NCBI GenBank assembly: GCA_035623825.1
Contig: DASPSR010000030.1
Location: forward strand, 20,504 to 84,503
DNA length: 64,000 nucleotides
Direction: 5' to 3'
Source of the DNA: Nitrospirota bacterium
Lineage (GTDB): Bacteria > Nitrospirota > UBA9217
Below, piece by piece: positions 1 to 9,536 of this stretch (within the stretch, counting starts at the first letter, position 1; every line of letters begins with the position of its first letter). Under the pieces are notes generated by a model. That model was not told where the DNA came from. It saw only the letters and a program-made list of their open reading frames with translations, and made no database searches. Both the position numbers and the translations under genes were made by a program.

Positions 1-1
1 G

Positions 2-298
2 AGAGAGTTCTTCGCTATCCTCGCGCGAATGACGGGGAAGAAGGCGCCGACCGTGCGGCTACCCTATGTACCGGTACTCATGGCGGCCTACATCAACGAG
101 GCGCTTTCCACATGGATAACGGGCAAGCAACCCGTGATCCCGTTGACCGGGGTCAAGATGGCGAGAACGTACATGTTTTTCGATTGTGCAAAGGCTGTCA
201 AGGAATTGCATATGCCCCAGAGTCCCGTTGAGGGAGCACTGGAGAAAGCAATACGGTGGTTCGAACGCAACAATTATATCAAGGCGAGGACGTCGTGA
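2..298 (+). CDS. hpnA: Hopanoid-associated NAD-dependent sugar epimerase, 3' part (truncated by window edge)
   Basis: Open frame from the window start. C-terminus (APTVRLPY...GVKMARTYMFFDCAKAVKEL...ALEKAIRWF) is typical of HpnA/dihydroflavonol-reductase-like proteins. Lies upstream of hpnH. Confidence 0.75.
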   Translation, partial: REFFAILARMTGKKAPTVRLPYVPVLMAAYINEALSTWITGKQPVIPLTGVKMARTYMFFDCAKAVKELHMPQSPVEGALEKAIRWFERNNYIKARTS

Positions 299-1107
299 CA
301 GAGACAAGGACAACTCCGGCTGCGAGTACGGAAGTGCGCAAAGACAGAAAGCTCGGAGACGAGTGGATTGACTGGAAAGGCGAATCTGACCCGCGGGAAC
401 GGGAAATCAACGAAAACCTTTCCACTTTCCTCTCTCTGGCATCGGGCGTTCTCATAATCTTCATTTTGCTGCTGTTTCTCGGGTGGTTCATGGTGAAACC
501 CCGGTTCCAACAATTCGACCCGCTGCTCGCGACGTGTGCCGGGTGGGTGATCGCCGGTTTCACGATATGTCTCGTAATCTCCGCGATTCTTGAGGTCGTG
601 TTGCTGCGCACATTCAAGAGATCCCTGCTCCCCTACGGATGGATCGAAAGGCTTATTGTTTCGCTGCTCCCGAAGACGATCTGGCTCGGGAAAAAGTTCG
701 GCATCAACAAGGACAGGATAGGGAATTCCTTCATCAAGATGCATAATTTCGTCACCATGAACTTTGTCGGAAAGCTCAATGCCGACCGGATCCTGGTCCT
801 ACTTCCGCGGTGCCTGAAAAGAGAGGCGCGGGCCGAATTGATGAACAGATTGCAGGGAAGCGACTATAAAGTCATGACTGCCGCCGGCGGGGAGGAGGCG
901 CGGGAGGCAATCCGGCAGTATCGTCCCACGACTATTCTTGCCATTGCCTGCGAGCGGGATCTAATGGGCGGAATCAAGGATGTCGCGGACAAGATTCCGG
1001 TGATCGCCATACCCAATAGGAGGCCTGAGGGCCCGTGCAAAAACACCGATTTTGCCATGAGCGAGCTTGATGAGGCTCTGACGGCCTTGGCGGCCGCACG
1101 GTCTTAA
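295..1107 (+). CDS. DUF116 family membrane protein
   Basis: GTG overlaps the hpnA TGA. Two TM segments, then LLPRCL, IACERDL and NRRPEGPCKNT motifs of DUF116. Confidence 0.75.
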   Translation: MTETRTTPAASTEVRKDRKLGDEWIDWKGESDPREREINENLSTFLSLASGVLIIFILLLFLGWFMVKPRFQQFDPLLATCAGWVIAGFTICLVISAILEVVLLRTFKRSLLPYGWIERLIVSLLPKTIWLGKKFGINKDRIGNSFIKMHNFVTMNFVGKLNADRILVLLPRCLKREARAELMNRLQGSDYKVMTAAGGEEAREAIRQYRPTTILAIACERDLMGGIKDVADKIPVIAIPNRRPEGPCKNTDFAMSELDEALTALAAARS

Positions 1108-1226
1108 CCGGCAGGAACTTCACCACAGGGACGGCCGCGACGTCAACAGATCGTAGGAACGGGCCGCGGGAAACAGCGTCCAAGAGCAGAGAGCTTCCGG
1201 GTCATTCTAACGTTCGAGAGGTTTTC

Positions 1227-2228
1227 ATGCGCTTTCCAGTCAGCTTGTATACATCGTTAACGAGATTTTTCGCGAGGAACGCACTAAAGGGCGTAAAGAG
1301 ATTCCCGCTCGTCCTCATGCTCGAGCCGACGCATCGATGTAATCTTGCCTGCGCCGGCTGCGACAGGATACGGCTGTACGATGGCGAGCACACCGAAGAC
1401 CTCTCCCCGGGCCAGTGCATCGATGCGGCCCTGGAGTCGGGTGCTCCGGTCGTGACGGTAACGGGAGGCGAACCGCTCTTGTATAAAGAATTGAAGTACA
1501 CTGTGCGGGAGCTGCTTCGGCTGAAACGGCATGTTTATCTCTGCTCGAACGGCATTCTTACCGGAGACTTTATCGAGGACTTTCCTCCGCACCAGAGGCT
1601 AACGCTTAATATTCATCTGGATGGGATGGAAGAGACACATGACCGCATCACGGGCAAGGCCGGAACATTCAAAAAGGCGATTGCTTCGATCAACTTGGCC
1701 AAGCAAAAGGGTTTCCGCGTGAGCACCAATACGTCGGTGTACAAGAACACTGACATCGAAGAGCTGGAGAGATTGTTCAAAACGCTCAAGGAACTTCGGG
1801 TAGATGGCATCCTGATGTCTCCCGCCTTCAATTATGAACGGGTCGAGAACGACATCTTTCTCAGCAGAGAGGAGGCGATGGAAAAATTCAAGCGGATGGA
1901 TTTTTTCAAGAGGTTCCCATTCATCAGCTCCCCCCTCTATATCGACTTTCTGAAAGGGAACAGGCACCTTCGCTGCACTCCATGGGGCAATCCGACGCGT
2001 AACCCGTTGGGTTGGAAATCCCCCTGCTATCTGATCACCGATGCCTACTATCCGTCATTTCGCGAATTGATGGAAAAGACACCCTGGGACCGGTATGAGG
2101 CCGGAACCGATAGGCGGTGCAGGGACTGCATGGTCCACAGTGGATACGAAGCGACCGTGCAGAGAATCGCCTTTTCACATCCGAAGGACTTCGTCAGGCT
2201 TGTTTTCTGGAACCTGGGAAAGACCTGA
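1227..2228 (+). CDS. hpnH: Adenosyl-hopene transferase (radical SAM)
   Basis: LMLEP..CNLACAGC radical SAM motif, plus CTPWGNPTRN..GW..PCYL and C..CMVHSGYE HpnH signatures. Confidence 0.9.
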   Translation: MRFPVSLYTSLTRFFARNALKGVKRFPLVLMLEPTHRCNLACAGCDRIRLYDGEHTEDLSPGQCIDAALESGAPVVTVTGGEPLLYKELKYTVRELLRLKRHVYLCSNGILTGDFIEDFPPHQRLTLNIHLDGMEETHDRITGKAGTFKKAIASINLAKQKGFRVSTNTSVYKNTDIEELERLFKTLKELRVDGILMSPAFNYERVENDIFLSREEAMEKFKRMDFFKRFPFISSPLYIDFLKGNRHLRCTPWGNPTRNPLGWKSPCYLITDAYYPSFRELMEKTPWDRYEAGTDRRCRDCMVHSGYEATVQRIAFSHPKDFVRLVFWNLGKT

Positions 2229-2242
2229 GGGGGCCTGCAAGA

Positions 2243-3091
2243 ATGCTTCTCCTCGACACAATCCTCCTCAGGCCATACGTGTTCATCTTCCTTGCCGTCT
2301 ACCTCGCTGGATGCTCTCTGCACTTGGGATTTAAAAGGGCCCTCCTATTCGGCGTCGTGGGATACGCGATCGCGTGGCTATCGGAATTTTCCTCGATTCA
2401 CAATGGTTTTCCTTACGGGCACTATTACTATCTCGACGGCACGAGAGGGAAAGAGATATGGGTCCTTGGCGTTCCGCTCATGGATTCGATCAGTTACGTC
2501 TTTCTTGCCTATGCGAGCTATTCGCTGGCGCTTCTCGTCTCCTCGCCGTTGCGCCACTCAAGATGGTTGGTCTACGTCCTTGAGACGGAAAAAACAAGGA
2601 ACTCTTTTCAGGCGAGAATGCTCGGTGCGCTGCTGTTCGTATACCTCGATATCATTATAGATCCACTCGCCTTGCGAGGAGATCGCTGGTTTCTCGGTCG
2701 AATCTACGGCTACCCCGAACAGGGGGTCTATTTTGGCGTTCCTCTCTCGAACTTTCTCGGGTGGTTCGTAGTTGGTTTCGCGATGATCTATGTCCTGCAA
2801 AAGATCGATTGGTACCTGCGGAAAAAAGGGGTCTCCGATCTTATAGGGTACAAATATCCCTGGCGATTTCTTATCGGTCCTGCCCTTTATCTTGGCGTGC
2901 TTGTCTTCAACTTATCGGTCACGTTCTTCATCCGGGAGCACATGCTCGGATGGGCAGGGATCTTTATCGTAATGCTGCCCGCGTTCCTCATGTACTCGAT
3001 CGTGAGGGGCAGGATCTCGCAGGAAAGCGGCGAGACGGCGGTGGCGGAGCATTACAGGGATTTTCCCCAAGCGATGTCCAGAGACCACTGA
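2243..3091 (+). CDS. CruF/DUF422-like membrane protein (carotenoid biosynthesis/hydratase family)
   Basis: Multi-TM protein with GFPYGHYYY, GVP, D.IIDP and YFGVPLSNFLGW motifs. ATG at 2243 chosen because it avoids overlap with hpnH. Confidence 0.75.
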   Translation: MLLLDTILLRPYVFIFLAVYLAGCSLHLGFKRALLFGVVGYAIAWLSEFSSIHNGFPYGHYYYLDGTRGKEIWVLGVPLMDSISYVFLAYASYSLALLVSSPLRHSRWLVYVLETEKTRNSFQARMLGALLFVYLDIIIDPLALRGDRWFLGRIYGYPEQGVYFGVPLSNFLGWFVVGFAMIYVLQKIDWYLRKKGVSDLIGYKYPWRFLIGPALYLGVLVFNLSVTFFIREHMLGWAGIFIVMLPAFLMYSIVRGRISQESGETAVAEHYRDFPQAMSRDH

Positions 3092-3359
3092 AGGTTATGT
3101 TTGAGACGTGTCTGGATCAAAGGAAATCGATCTCGCTGATTCTCCATGGGACTGAGGAATACTTAGTATTATCGCGTATTTTAGGCATGTAGCAACATCA
3201 TGCGATACGTTGCTTGCCTCGGTCGCGAGCCCGCATAAGGTATGAAAGCGGCAAACAAGAGTGCGGCTCCGCACAAACAAAGGGCTATGGGGCAAATCTA
3301 TTCTCACCTTAGATTTCCGCGTCATCGGGAAAAGATCAAATAGTAATCTTGAGGCAAGA

Positions 3360-4079
3360 ATGACCTTAAAAGGAATTTTTAATTTGCTACTGGGCTTTGC
3401 CGCCCGAAAACATGTATTCGCGTTTTTTTGTCTACTGATTTTTGCCCACGCGGCAATGGCGCAGGATTCGGCTTATACAAGCAAGAAGAGCGCTGACATG
3501 CCGGAGAACCCGGGGAAGTCGCTTGACTTGGGTACGAGCCAACTGGGCTTTTGGGCGGGATATTCTTCGACAAATCCGACTCTAATTGGCCATGCCATCA
3601 ACCGCTCTCTCTTTGAGTTCAACGTGCAATATGCGCGCGTACTGAGAACGGGCGATACGTGGGCGCTGAAATATACCGCTGAAATCGTTCCTGTAGCAAT
3701 CGTCAGGCAGCCGCCGCAGGGTTTTGCGATGAACGGGGATCCAGTTGATCTTCCCGGCGGCAGACAGAGGATTTACGGCGCCGGGATTTCTCCATTAGGA
3801 TTGCAGATGAACTTCCGACGAGGTAGCGTTTTGCAGCCTTATGTCAATGGAACGGCCGGTGTTCTGTATTTCTCAAAAAACGTACCGGTGGCAGATTCTT
3901 CAAATTTTAATTTCACATTTAGTTTTGGCGCGGGTGTGGAGATCTGGTATCGAGAGGACCAGTCGATTATCCTTGGCTATAAGTACCATCACATTTCCAA
4001 CGGTTACACTGCCTCTCAGAATCCGGGTGTCGATTCGAATCTATTCTATGCGGGATTTTTATGGAGCTGGAGCAAATAA
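3360..4079 (+). CDS. Acyloxyacyl hydrolase / lipid A 3-O-deacylase (PagL-like) outer membrane barrel
   Basis: Signal peptide (AHAAMA), amphipathic beta strands, FNF..FGAG and YHHISNG....NPG.D motifs. Confidence 0.75.
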   Translation: MTLKGIFNLLLGFAARKHVFAFFCLLIFAHAAMAQDSAYTSKKSADMPENPGKSLDLGTSQLGFWAGYSSTNPTLIGHAINRSLFEFNVQYARVLRTGDTWALKYTAEIVPVAIVRQPPQGFAMNGDPVDLPGGRQRIYGAGISPLGLQMNFRRGSVLQPYVNGTAGVLYFSKNVPVADSSNFNFTFSFGAGVEIWYREDQSIILGYKYHHISNGYTASQNPGVDSNLFYAGFLWSWSK

Positions 4080-4145
4080 GGCAGCAGTACGCGCTTTATG
4101 CGAGATTGCTCCGTTCTTCGCAAAAACAGAAAATACATTCCGTAA

Positions 4146-4174
4146 TTGACAGATTCCGTCGTTCAGACTATCAT
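4146..4174 (+). promoter_or_regulatory. sigma70-type promoter of the cytochrome gene
   Basis: TTGACA-N17-TATCAT. Confidence 0.55.
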
Positions 4175-4259
4175 TTGAGGTAAGCGGCAGCATGAGAGAA
4201 CTATCGAATAGGAGCCACATGAATAGGGGTCAAATTACATGTACTGTTAGAAAGGTGAG

Positions 4260-5087
4260 GTGCATATGGCCCGTGAAACATCGAATCAATTCGATTTTAC
4301 AATGTTTGGCTGTTATGTAGCGCTGTTCATTGTTTTGCTATCTTGCCATCCTGATGCCCTCAGGGCACAAGAACAATCAGTAACCAGACCGTCTCTTCCT
4401 CCGACCTTTCCCGCCGGAACAGATTTGCAATCAAAATGCTTGGAGTGTCACAATTACGGGGAAAATCACCACCCTGTCGGCAGTGCCCCTTCGAACCCTG
4501 TAAACTATCCATTTCCGCTTTATAACGGGAAAATCATGTGTTTGACTTGCCACACAGAGGACCATCAAACAGGAGGCCTAGGACTCTTACGAGGAGGTCC
4601 GTACAATGACAGGCGGGATATCTGTTTTAAATGTCATACTCAGAGAGAGTATGCTGGTATCGATCCTCACATCATGATGGATGACCGCGGTAAAATACGC
4701 AGCATGAACGGCCGACCGGTCTGTCTCTTTTGTCATTCCACATTACCTAACCCAACAACTGATAGAACCGGAGATGTCCGGTTCAGGGCGGATGTTGCTT
4801 TCCTCTGCTGGCGCTGTCACCCTCTTATGGCGAGCCCGATTTTTTTCAAAACGCACTTCCTCAAAAAGCCGTCAGAAGAAATGGAAAAGTACATAAAAGA
4901 AAAGGAACAACTGATACTAGTGACTATTCCCCTAGTGCCCAGAGACCGCATTACCTGTTCGACATGTCATAACCCGCATCAAAAAGGCGTCATTCTCTAT
5001 GGCCCATCCGCTAGCGGGGCTGACCAAAAGAACAGGCTCCGGCTTCCGGGTGAAAAGCTCTGCATCGCGTGTCACAATTTCAGTTAA
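4260..5087 (+). CDS. Periplasmic multiheme cytochrome c (7 CXXCH)
   Basis: CLECH, CLTCH, CFKCH, CLFCH, CWRCH, CSTCHNPH and CIACH, plus an N-terminal hydrophobic signal. Confidence 0.9.
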   Translation: MHMARETSNQFDFTMFGCYVALFIVLLSCHPDALRAQEQSVTRPSLPPTFPAGTDLQSKCLECHNYGENHHPVGSAPSNPVNYPFPLYNGKIMCLTCHTEDHQTGGLGLLRGGPYNDRRDICFKCHTQREYAGIDPHIMMDDRGKIRSMNGRPVCLFCHSTLPNPTTDRTGDVRFRADVAFLCWRCHPLMASPIFFKTHFLKKPSEEMEKYIKEKEQLILVTIPLVPRDRITCSTCHNPHQKGVILYGPSASGADQKNRLRLPGEKLCIACHNFS

Positions 5088-5333
5088 CATGATAACGGAA
5101 GACGACCCTGTATTGATATACCACATTAACAGGATTGTCGCGAGAAACGGCATCGTAAACGCCTTAAGGAAAACAAATTGTACTGTTACTGCATAGTGTG
5201 AAAATATCGACTTCATGTTGTATTGTAAAATCTCCCGGCCATCCGAGGATTTGCTTGGACAGGAGAAATCTTATTTCCCCGCGCTGGCGGCTAAACCCGA
5301 TTATTCGATAGAGACGGCAGGAAGGTATCGCCT

Positions 5334-5606
5334 GTGTGCAGGAATATCAAGACCCTCTTCAACTTTGAACCGCCTGTGACGGAAGAAGAGATCCGTGCGG
5401 CAGCACTACAATTCGTGAGAAAAGTGAGCGGTTTCAACAAGCCATCGAGAATCAACGAAAAAGCTTTCCTTGCTGCCGTCGATGGCGTAGCGACGGTTTC
5501 CAGAAGACTCCTGAGCTCGCTTGAAACGAATGCGCTGCCGAGGAACCGAGATGAAGAAGCCGCCAAGGCGAGAGCACGCGTTGCCAAGAGGTTCCCCGCA
5601 AAATAA
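5334..5606 (+). CDS. DUF2277 family protein
   Basis: MCRNIKTLFNFEPPVTEEEIRAAALQFVRKVSG N-terminus typical of the family. GTG start. Confidence 0.85.
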   Translation: MCRNIKTLFNFEPPVTEEEIRAAALQFVRKVSGFNKPSRINEKAFLAAVDGVATVSRRLLSSLETNALPRNRDEEAAKARARVAKRFPAK

Positions 5607-5876
5607 ATTGCCATCTGACCGTATATATTGAAGCGAAGCACCTCCTGGCTGCTACTCATATGCGCAATATATAATTATTACCTGATGAAGCCAAGAGAGG
5701 CGAAAGCGGCTGGTCTAAGATCGTGATCGCGACAGGGCCATGGCATCGGATCCCAGGACGTATGGAGCAGCGTCCCGATTCAATTCTCGTAAAGGATGAA
5801 CGAGCGACGGGATAACCTCTATGAAAACCTGCCGACGGCATGGAGAACCGTGTCGATTCCGGGAAAACCGATGCTA

Positions 5877-6548
5877 TCAATCGAGCTCGAACTTGTAACC
5901 GACACCGTATACTGACTGTATGAGTTTCGTTTCGGGATCGACGGCCTCAAGCTTCCTGCGCAATTTTTTTATATGGCCGTCGATCGTGCGGTCGTTGACG
6001 TAACGATCATCCGGATAAATTTTTTCCATGAGTTGCTGACGGCCGAAGATACGCCCCGGGCTGACGGCGAGGACTTGCAGCAACTTGAATTCCACAGCCG
6101 TGAGACCCAGGTCATTTCCGTGGAGCGTGGCCCGGTACCGGTATTCATCGAGAACAAGTTCCTGCGCCTGCATGGTCCTTCCATCGCTAGCACGCCGAAG
6201 GACTGCTTTGACCCGTGCAACGACTTCGCGAGGGCTGAATGGTTTGCATATGTAGTCGTCGGCCCCGAGCTCAAGCCCGAGCAAGCGGTCAATCTCCTCA
6301 ACCTTTGCCGTAACCATGATGATAGGAACTCTGGAGAAGGTCCGGACTTCCCTGCAGATATCCATCCCATCGCGTCCCGGCAGCATCAAATCGAGGAGCA
6401 CCAAATCCGGCTTGTGCTCCCTGATCCATGGCACCGCCTCGGTTCCATTCGTCAGAGCAAAGGGGTCGAACCCTGATGCCCTCAGGTACTCGGTCAGCAG
6501 GTCAGCCAACTTCGCCTCGTCTTCAACAATGAGAATCTTCCCGTTCAT
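5877..6548 (-). CDS. baeR: OmpR-family response regulator, BaeR-like
   Basis: Receiver (LLDLMLPG, EEIDRLLGLELGADDYICKPFSPRE) plus winged helix (VYGVGY). Coupled to the kinase, near spy and mdtABC. Confidence 0.85.
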   Translation of the reverse strand: MNGKILIVEDEAKLADLLTEYLRASGFDPFALTNGTEAVPWIREHKPDLVLLDLMLPGRDGMDICREVRTFSRVPIIMVTAKVEEIDRLLGLELGADDYICKPFSPREVVARVKAVLRRASDGRTMQAQELVLDEYRYRATLHGNDLGLTAVEFKLLQVLAVSPGRIFGRQQLMEKIYPDDRYVNDRTIDGHIKKLRRKLEAVDPETKLIQSVYGVGYKFELD

Positions 6549-7975
6549 GCGCTCCTCACAGCGATCGGAAGAGTGATTCTGATCAGTAAGCCCCCCAGTG
6601 GAGATGGGTGGGCGGATATCGTCCCCTCGTGGGCCTCAACGATGTTTTTGCAGATTGCAAGGCCAAGTCCCGCCCCACCTGAATTCCGGCTACGAGACTC
6701 TTCCACACGGTAGAGGCGATCGAACAATTTGCCCAGCTCTTCCTCCGGTACGCCCGGCGTAGAATCTTGAAATTCAATAGTCACTTGTCCTCCCGTCGAC
6801 GTAAGACCGATGACGAGCGCACCTCCCGTGTCAGTATATTTCTGTGAATTCTCGAGCACGTTCGTGAAAAGCTGATTCAGCCGCTCCCGGTCGGCAAACA
6901 CCATGCTTGCCTGTTGCCGAGGAAAATTTTCGGTGACTGTGATTTCCTTCCGGCCGAACTCAGTGCGGTAGGACTCTAGGGAATCCCTAAGCACCGTGGC
7001 CAGATCAAGATTTTCCTTCCGATAGGTCAAGGCGCCGATATCGGAGAGGGAGAGTTGGTAGAGGTCGTCTACAAGACGGTTTAGCCTCATTGCCTCTGCG
7101 TGAAGTGATTGAACCGCTTCTGGAGTCATCGTTCGGATTCCGTCAAGGATCGCCTCAAGTTCGCCTCGCAGCACGGCGATGGGCGTCCGCAATTCATGGG
7201 AGATGTCGGCAAGCCATTGACGACGTGCCTTTTCATTTTTCTCAAGGGTCAATGCCAGCGTGTTAAAGTCACGGGCGAGCTGCCCCAACTCATCCGAAGA
7301 GCCGACTGGAACGCGGATCGAATATTTGCCGGACGCGAGGTCCCCTGTTGCCGCGGTCATAGCCCGAATCGGACGTACGAGGCGTTCCGCCAAGGGGAAC
7401 GAAAATATAATAATAGCCAACACCATCCCGCCTGCTGCTAGAATCAGGGCGGATTTCTGCTGCCTGAGAAACTGAAGCTGATGAGGGTTAAGAAATTGTT
7501 TTGGCGGTATGAATCCTACATAACCAACTGTTTTCCCGTCGTGGATAACGGGTCTGAAGTCCACTCCCTCCGTTTCCTCGGTCGTTCCGAAGACCGGTTT
7601 CCGCTCTGAGTCCAGAACGATGAATGGCCATCGTGAACGGCGTCCGCTCCTCGGGCCCTGTGGAAGGGGCCGCATCTCCTTGCCGTCTTCACTTTTATTT
7701 GATGTGCCAGTTGCTGCGTCTTCGGATCTTGCATTCATTAGATTCGCTATCTCGACTCTCGGGTTGTTTCTTAGAAAATCCCAATTGCCATGCTCTGTAT
7801 AGGATTCTTCCAGATTGCCGGCCATTTGCTCCAATCGGCTCTGGTCCAGTGTTTTGAGGTATTGGTAAAATCCCCGGTCAATATTCCACCGCATGATTAA
7901 GAACAGGGAAAGGATTGCCATGCCCGTGGCCGCAAGAATGGAGAGAAACAGCCGATAGGTAATGCCAATTTTCAT
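6545..7975 (-). CDS. baeS: Sensor histidine kinase, BaeS-like
   Basis: Two TMs, HAMP (SSDELGQLARDFN), H-box ISHELRTP, G-box SGGAGLGLAI. Confidence 0.85.
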   Translation of the reverse strand: MKIGITYRLFLSILAATGMAILSLFLIMRWNIDRGFYQYLKTLDQSRLEQMAGNLEESYTEHGNWDFLRNNPRVEIANLMNARSEDAATGTSNKSEDGKEMRPLPQGPRSGRRSRWPFIVLDSERKPVFGTTEETEGVDFRPVIHDGKTVGYVGFIPPKQFLNPHQLQFLRQQKSALILAAGGMVLAIIIFSFPLAERLVRPIRAMTAATGDLASGKYSIRVPVGSSDELGQLARDFNTLALTLEKNEKARRQWLADISHELRTPIAVLRGELEAILDGIRTMTPEAVQSLHAEAMRLNRLVDDLYQLSLSDIGALTYRKENLDLATVLRDSLESYRTEFGRKEITVTENFPRQQASMVFADRERLNQLFTNVLENSQKYTDTGGALVIGLTSTGGQVTIEFQDSTPGVPEEELGKLFDRLYRVEESRSRNSGGAGLGLAICKNIVEAHEGTISAHPSPLGGLLIRITLPIAVRSA

Positions 7976-8060
7976 ATCAACCCCGTGCCTCGCAATAGTA
8001 GCATTTTTTGAATCGTGATATTGTAACCCATGATCAAGTGAAAATATACATTAAAGCAAA

Positions 8061-8105
8061 CTTTCTCAATTCTTTCACATTTGAGCCATATTCGGTTGCT
8101 ATTCT
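8061..8105 (+). promoter_or_regulatory. Probable OmpR-family (BaeR) binding site and extended -10 of the spy-like gene
   Basis: Direct repeat CTTTCTCA/CTTTCACA at 11-bp period (8061, 8072), then TG-N-TATTCT. Confidence 0.4.
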
Positions 8106-8155
8106 GTGATCGAGAAGACGGCGGGGTCAAATGCCGAATTTAAAAGGGGGTTCAC

Positions 8156-8719
8156 ATGAAAAGAATTTTAGCTGGTCTTATGGTGGGGTTTTTGGCCATA
8201 GTTTTTGTAACGCAGTATTCTTCTGCGCAGACTTGCGGCCAAGGGGGAGGTTTCCGGGACGCAGGCTCGCCAATGATGTCGTCTATGAGGCATGATGGCA
8301 GGGGCATGATGAGAAAGGAGCATCATCTCTGGAGATCACTCATGAGTCTCGGTCTTGATGAGAAACAGATGGAGGCAATAAAGGAGATTAAAAGCAGAGT
8401 AATGAAAGATACCATCAGGAAAAGGGCTGATCTCGAAGTGGCCAGAATAGACTTGAAGGATATTATTCATAAAGACCAGGTGGATATGAACGCGGCGGAG
8501 ACAATGTTGAAAAAAATAGCTTCGCTGCAAACGGACATTCGCCTTTCCCATATAAAAGCAATGCAGGAGATCAAGTCAAAACTGACACCGGAGCAGAGGA
8601 AAAAACTCAAGGAGATGCGTGAAATAGGTCCCAAACAGGAAAGAATGATGCACGGCGGAATGCCAATGACCTCACAGACAGAGAAAAAGGAAGGAGAATC
8701 ACAAGAGAAGGCGCAGTAG
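8156..8719 (+). CDS. Spy/CpxP family periplasmic chaperone
   Basis: Signal peptide, Met/Gly-rich ends, LDEKQ and LTPEQ (LTXXQ) motifs. Confidence 0.8.
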   Translation: MKRILAGLMVGFLAIVFVTQYSSAQTCGQGGGFRDAGSPMMSSMRHDGRGMMRKEHHLWRSLMSLGLDEKQMEAIKEIKSRVMKDTIRKRADLEVARIDLKDIIHKDQVDMNAAETMLKKIASLQTDIRLSHIKAMQEIKSKLTPEQRKKLKEMREIGPKQERMMHGGMPMTSQTEKKEGESQEKAQ

Positions 8720-8792
8720 CAACGCACACGGTGTTAGATGAGGCCGGCCATTGAGAAGGCTTTTTTGATTGAATCGTGCCCTGTGCACATCT

Positions 8793-8825
8793 GGGGTGTC
8801 GAGGTAGTGTCGGCACCTTTTTTTT
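8793..8825 (+). terminator. Rho-independent terminator after the spy-like gene
   Basis: GGGGTGTCGA-loop-TCGGCACCTT hairpin followed by a T run. Confidence 0.6.
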
Positions 8826-9047
8826 AATGAAGGTAGAAGTATTTGAGGTATCGGTGTGCGCTCATGTTCGGATATTACCAAAGCAGTAAGAAAATATTGT
8901 ATGGATGTGAAACTAAATAGCTCTAGGAAGATTACAACAAGCGAAACTGAGCGATCTCGGCAAAAGGGGAAATGGAGGAGAGGCTTAAGCGCAAAAAGGA
9001 ATAATTTTGAAATAAAATGATGTCTCTCTTTAGGAAAGGGGGCAGAG

Positions 9048-9404
9048 GTGAGCAGCGAAGCAGTGCTTGTCATCGTCGATGACAAAGCGACGAGAGATAG
9101 TCTTCAAATGTTTTTAACATTTGAAGGATTTATCATTAGTTCTTCTAAATGTGGAGCAGATGCTCTCGATGTGACAAGGAAAAAGCGCTTCGATGTACTA
9201 TTGATATGTTATCGAATACTGGAGATAAATGGTGATGAGTTGATGAGGCAGCTTAGGTCTCGGTGCCCTGACTCGTTTATAATCGGTTTCGGCATCGAAT
9301 CAAAGGGTCAAGCATTCTTGAGGGCGGGTGCAGACGCCTTTGTAAGAAAAGACAAGGTGGTTCATGAACTGGTTCCGCTCATTAGGAATAGAATACGGCG
9401 TTGA
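9048..9404 (+). CDS. Atypical single-domain response regulator (degenerate receiver)
   Basis: Receiver pattern (IVDD, DVLLICY..EING, AGADAFVRK), but the phosphoacceptor Asp position is Cys. Confidence 0.55.
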   Translation: MSSEAVLVIVDDKATRDSLQMFLTFEGFIISSSKCGADALDVTRKKRFDVLLICYRILEINGDELMRQLRSRCPDSFIIGFGIESKGQAFLRAGADAFVRKDKVVHELVPLIRNRIRR

Positions 9405-9536
9405 CAGTGGTGTCAGGTCGGTGTTATGATTCGGTCTGTATTCATTTCCCCCTCATCTCAAACGAAAATAATCAAAAATTAATTCTCCTTGCGTTTGCTG
9501 ATCCGAAGGAGGGATAATTATCGAGAGGATATAGCG

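Noticed and set aside
3360-5087. Porin-cytochrome conduit (barrel gene next to multiheme gene)
   Set aside because: The barrel is small and has the PagL-type HxSN motif, and the cytochrome has its own promoter.
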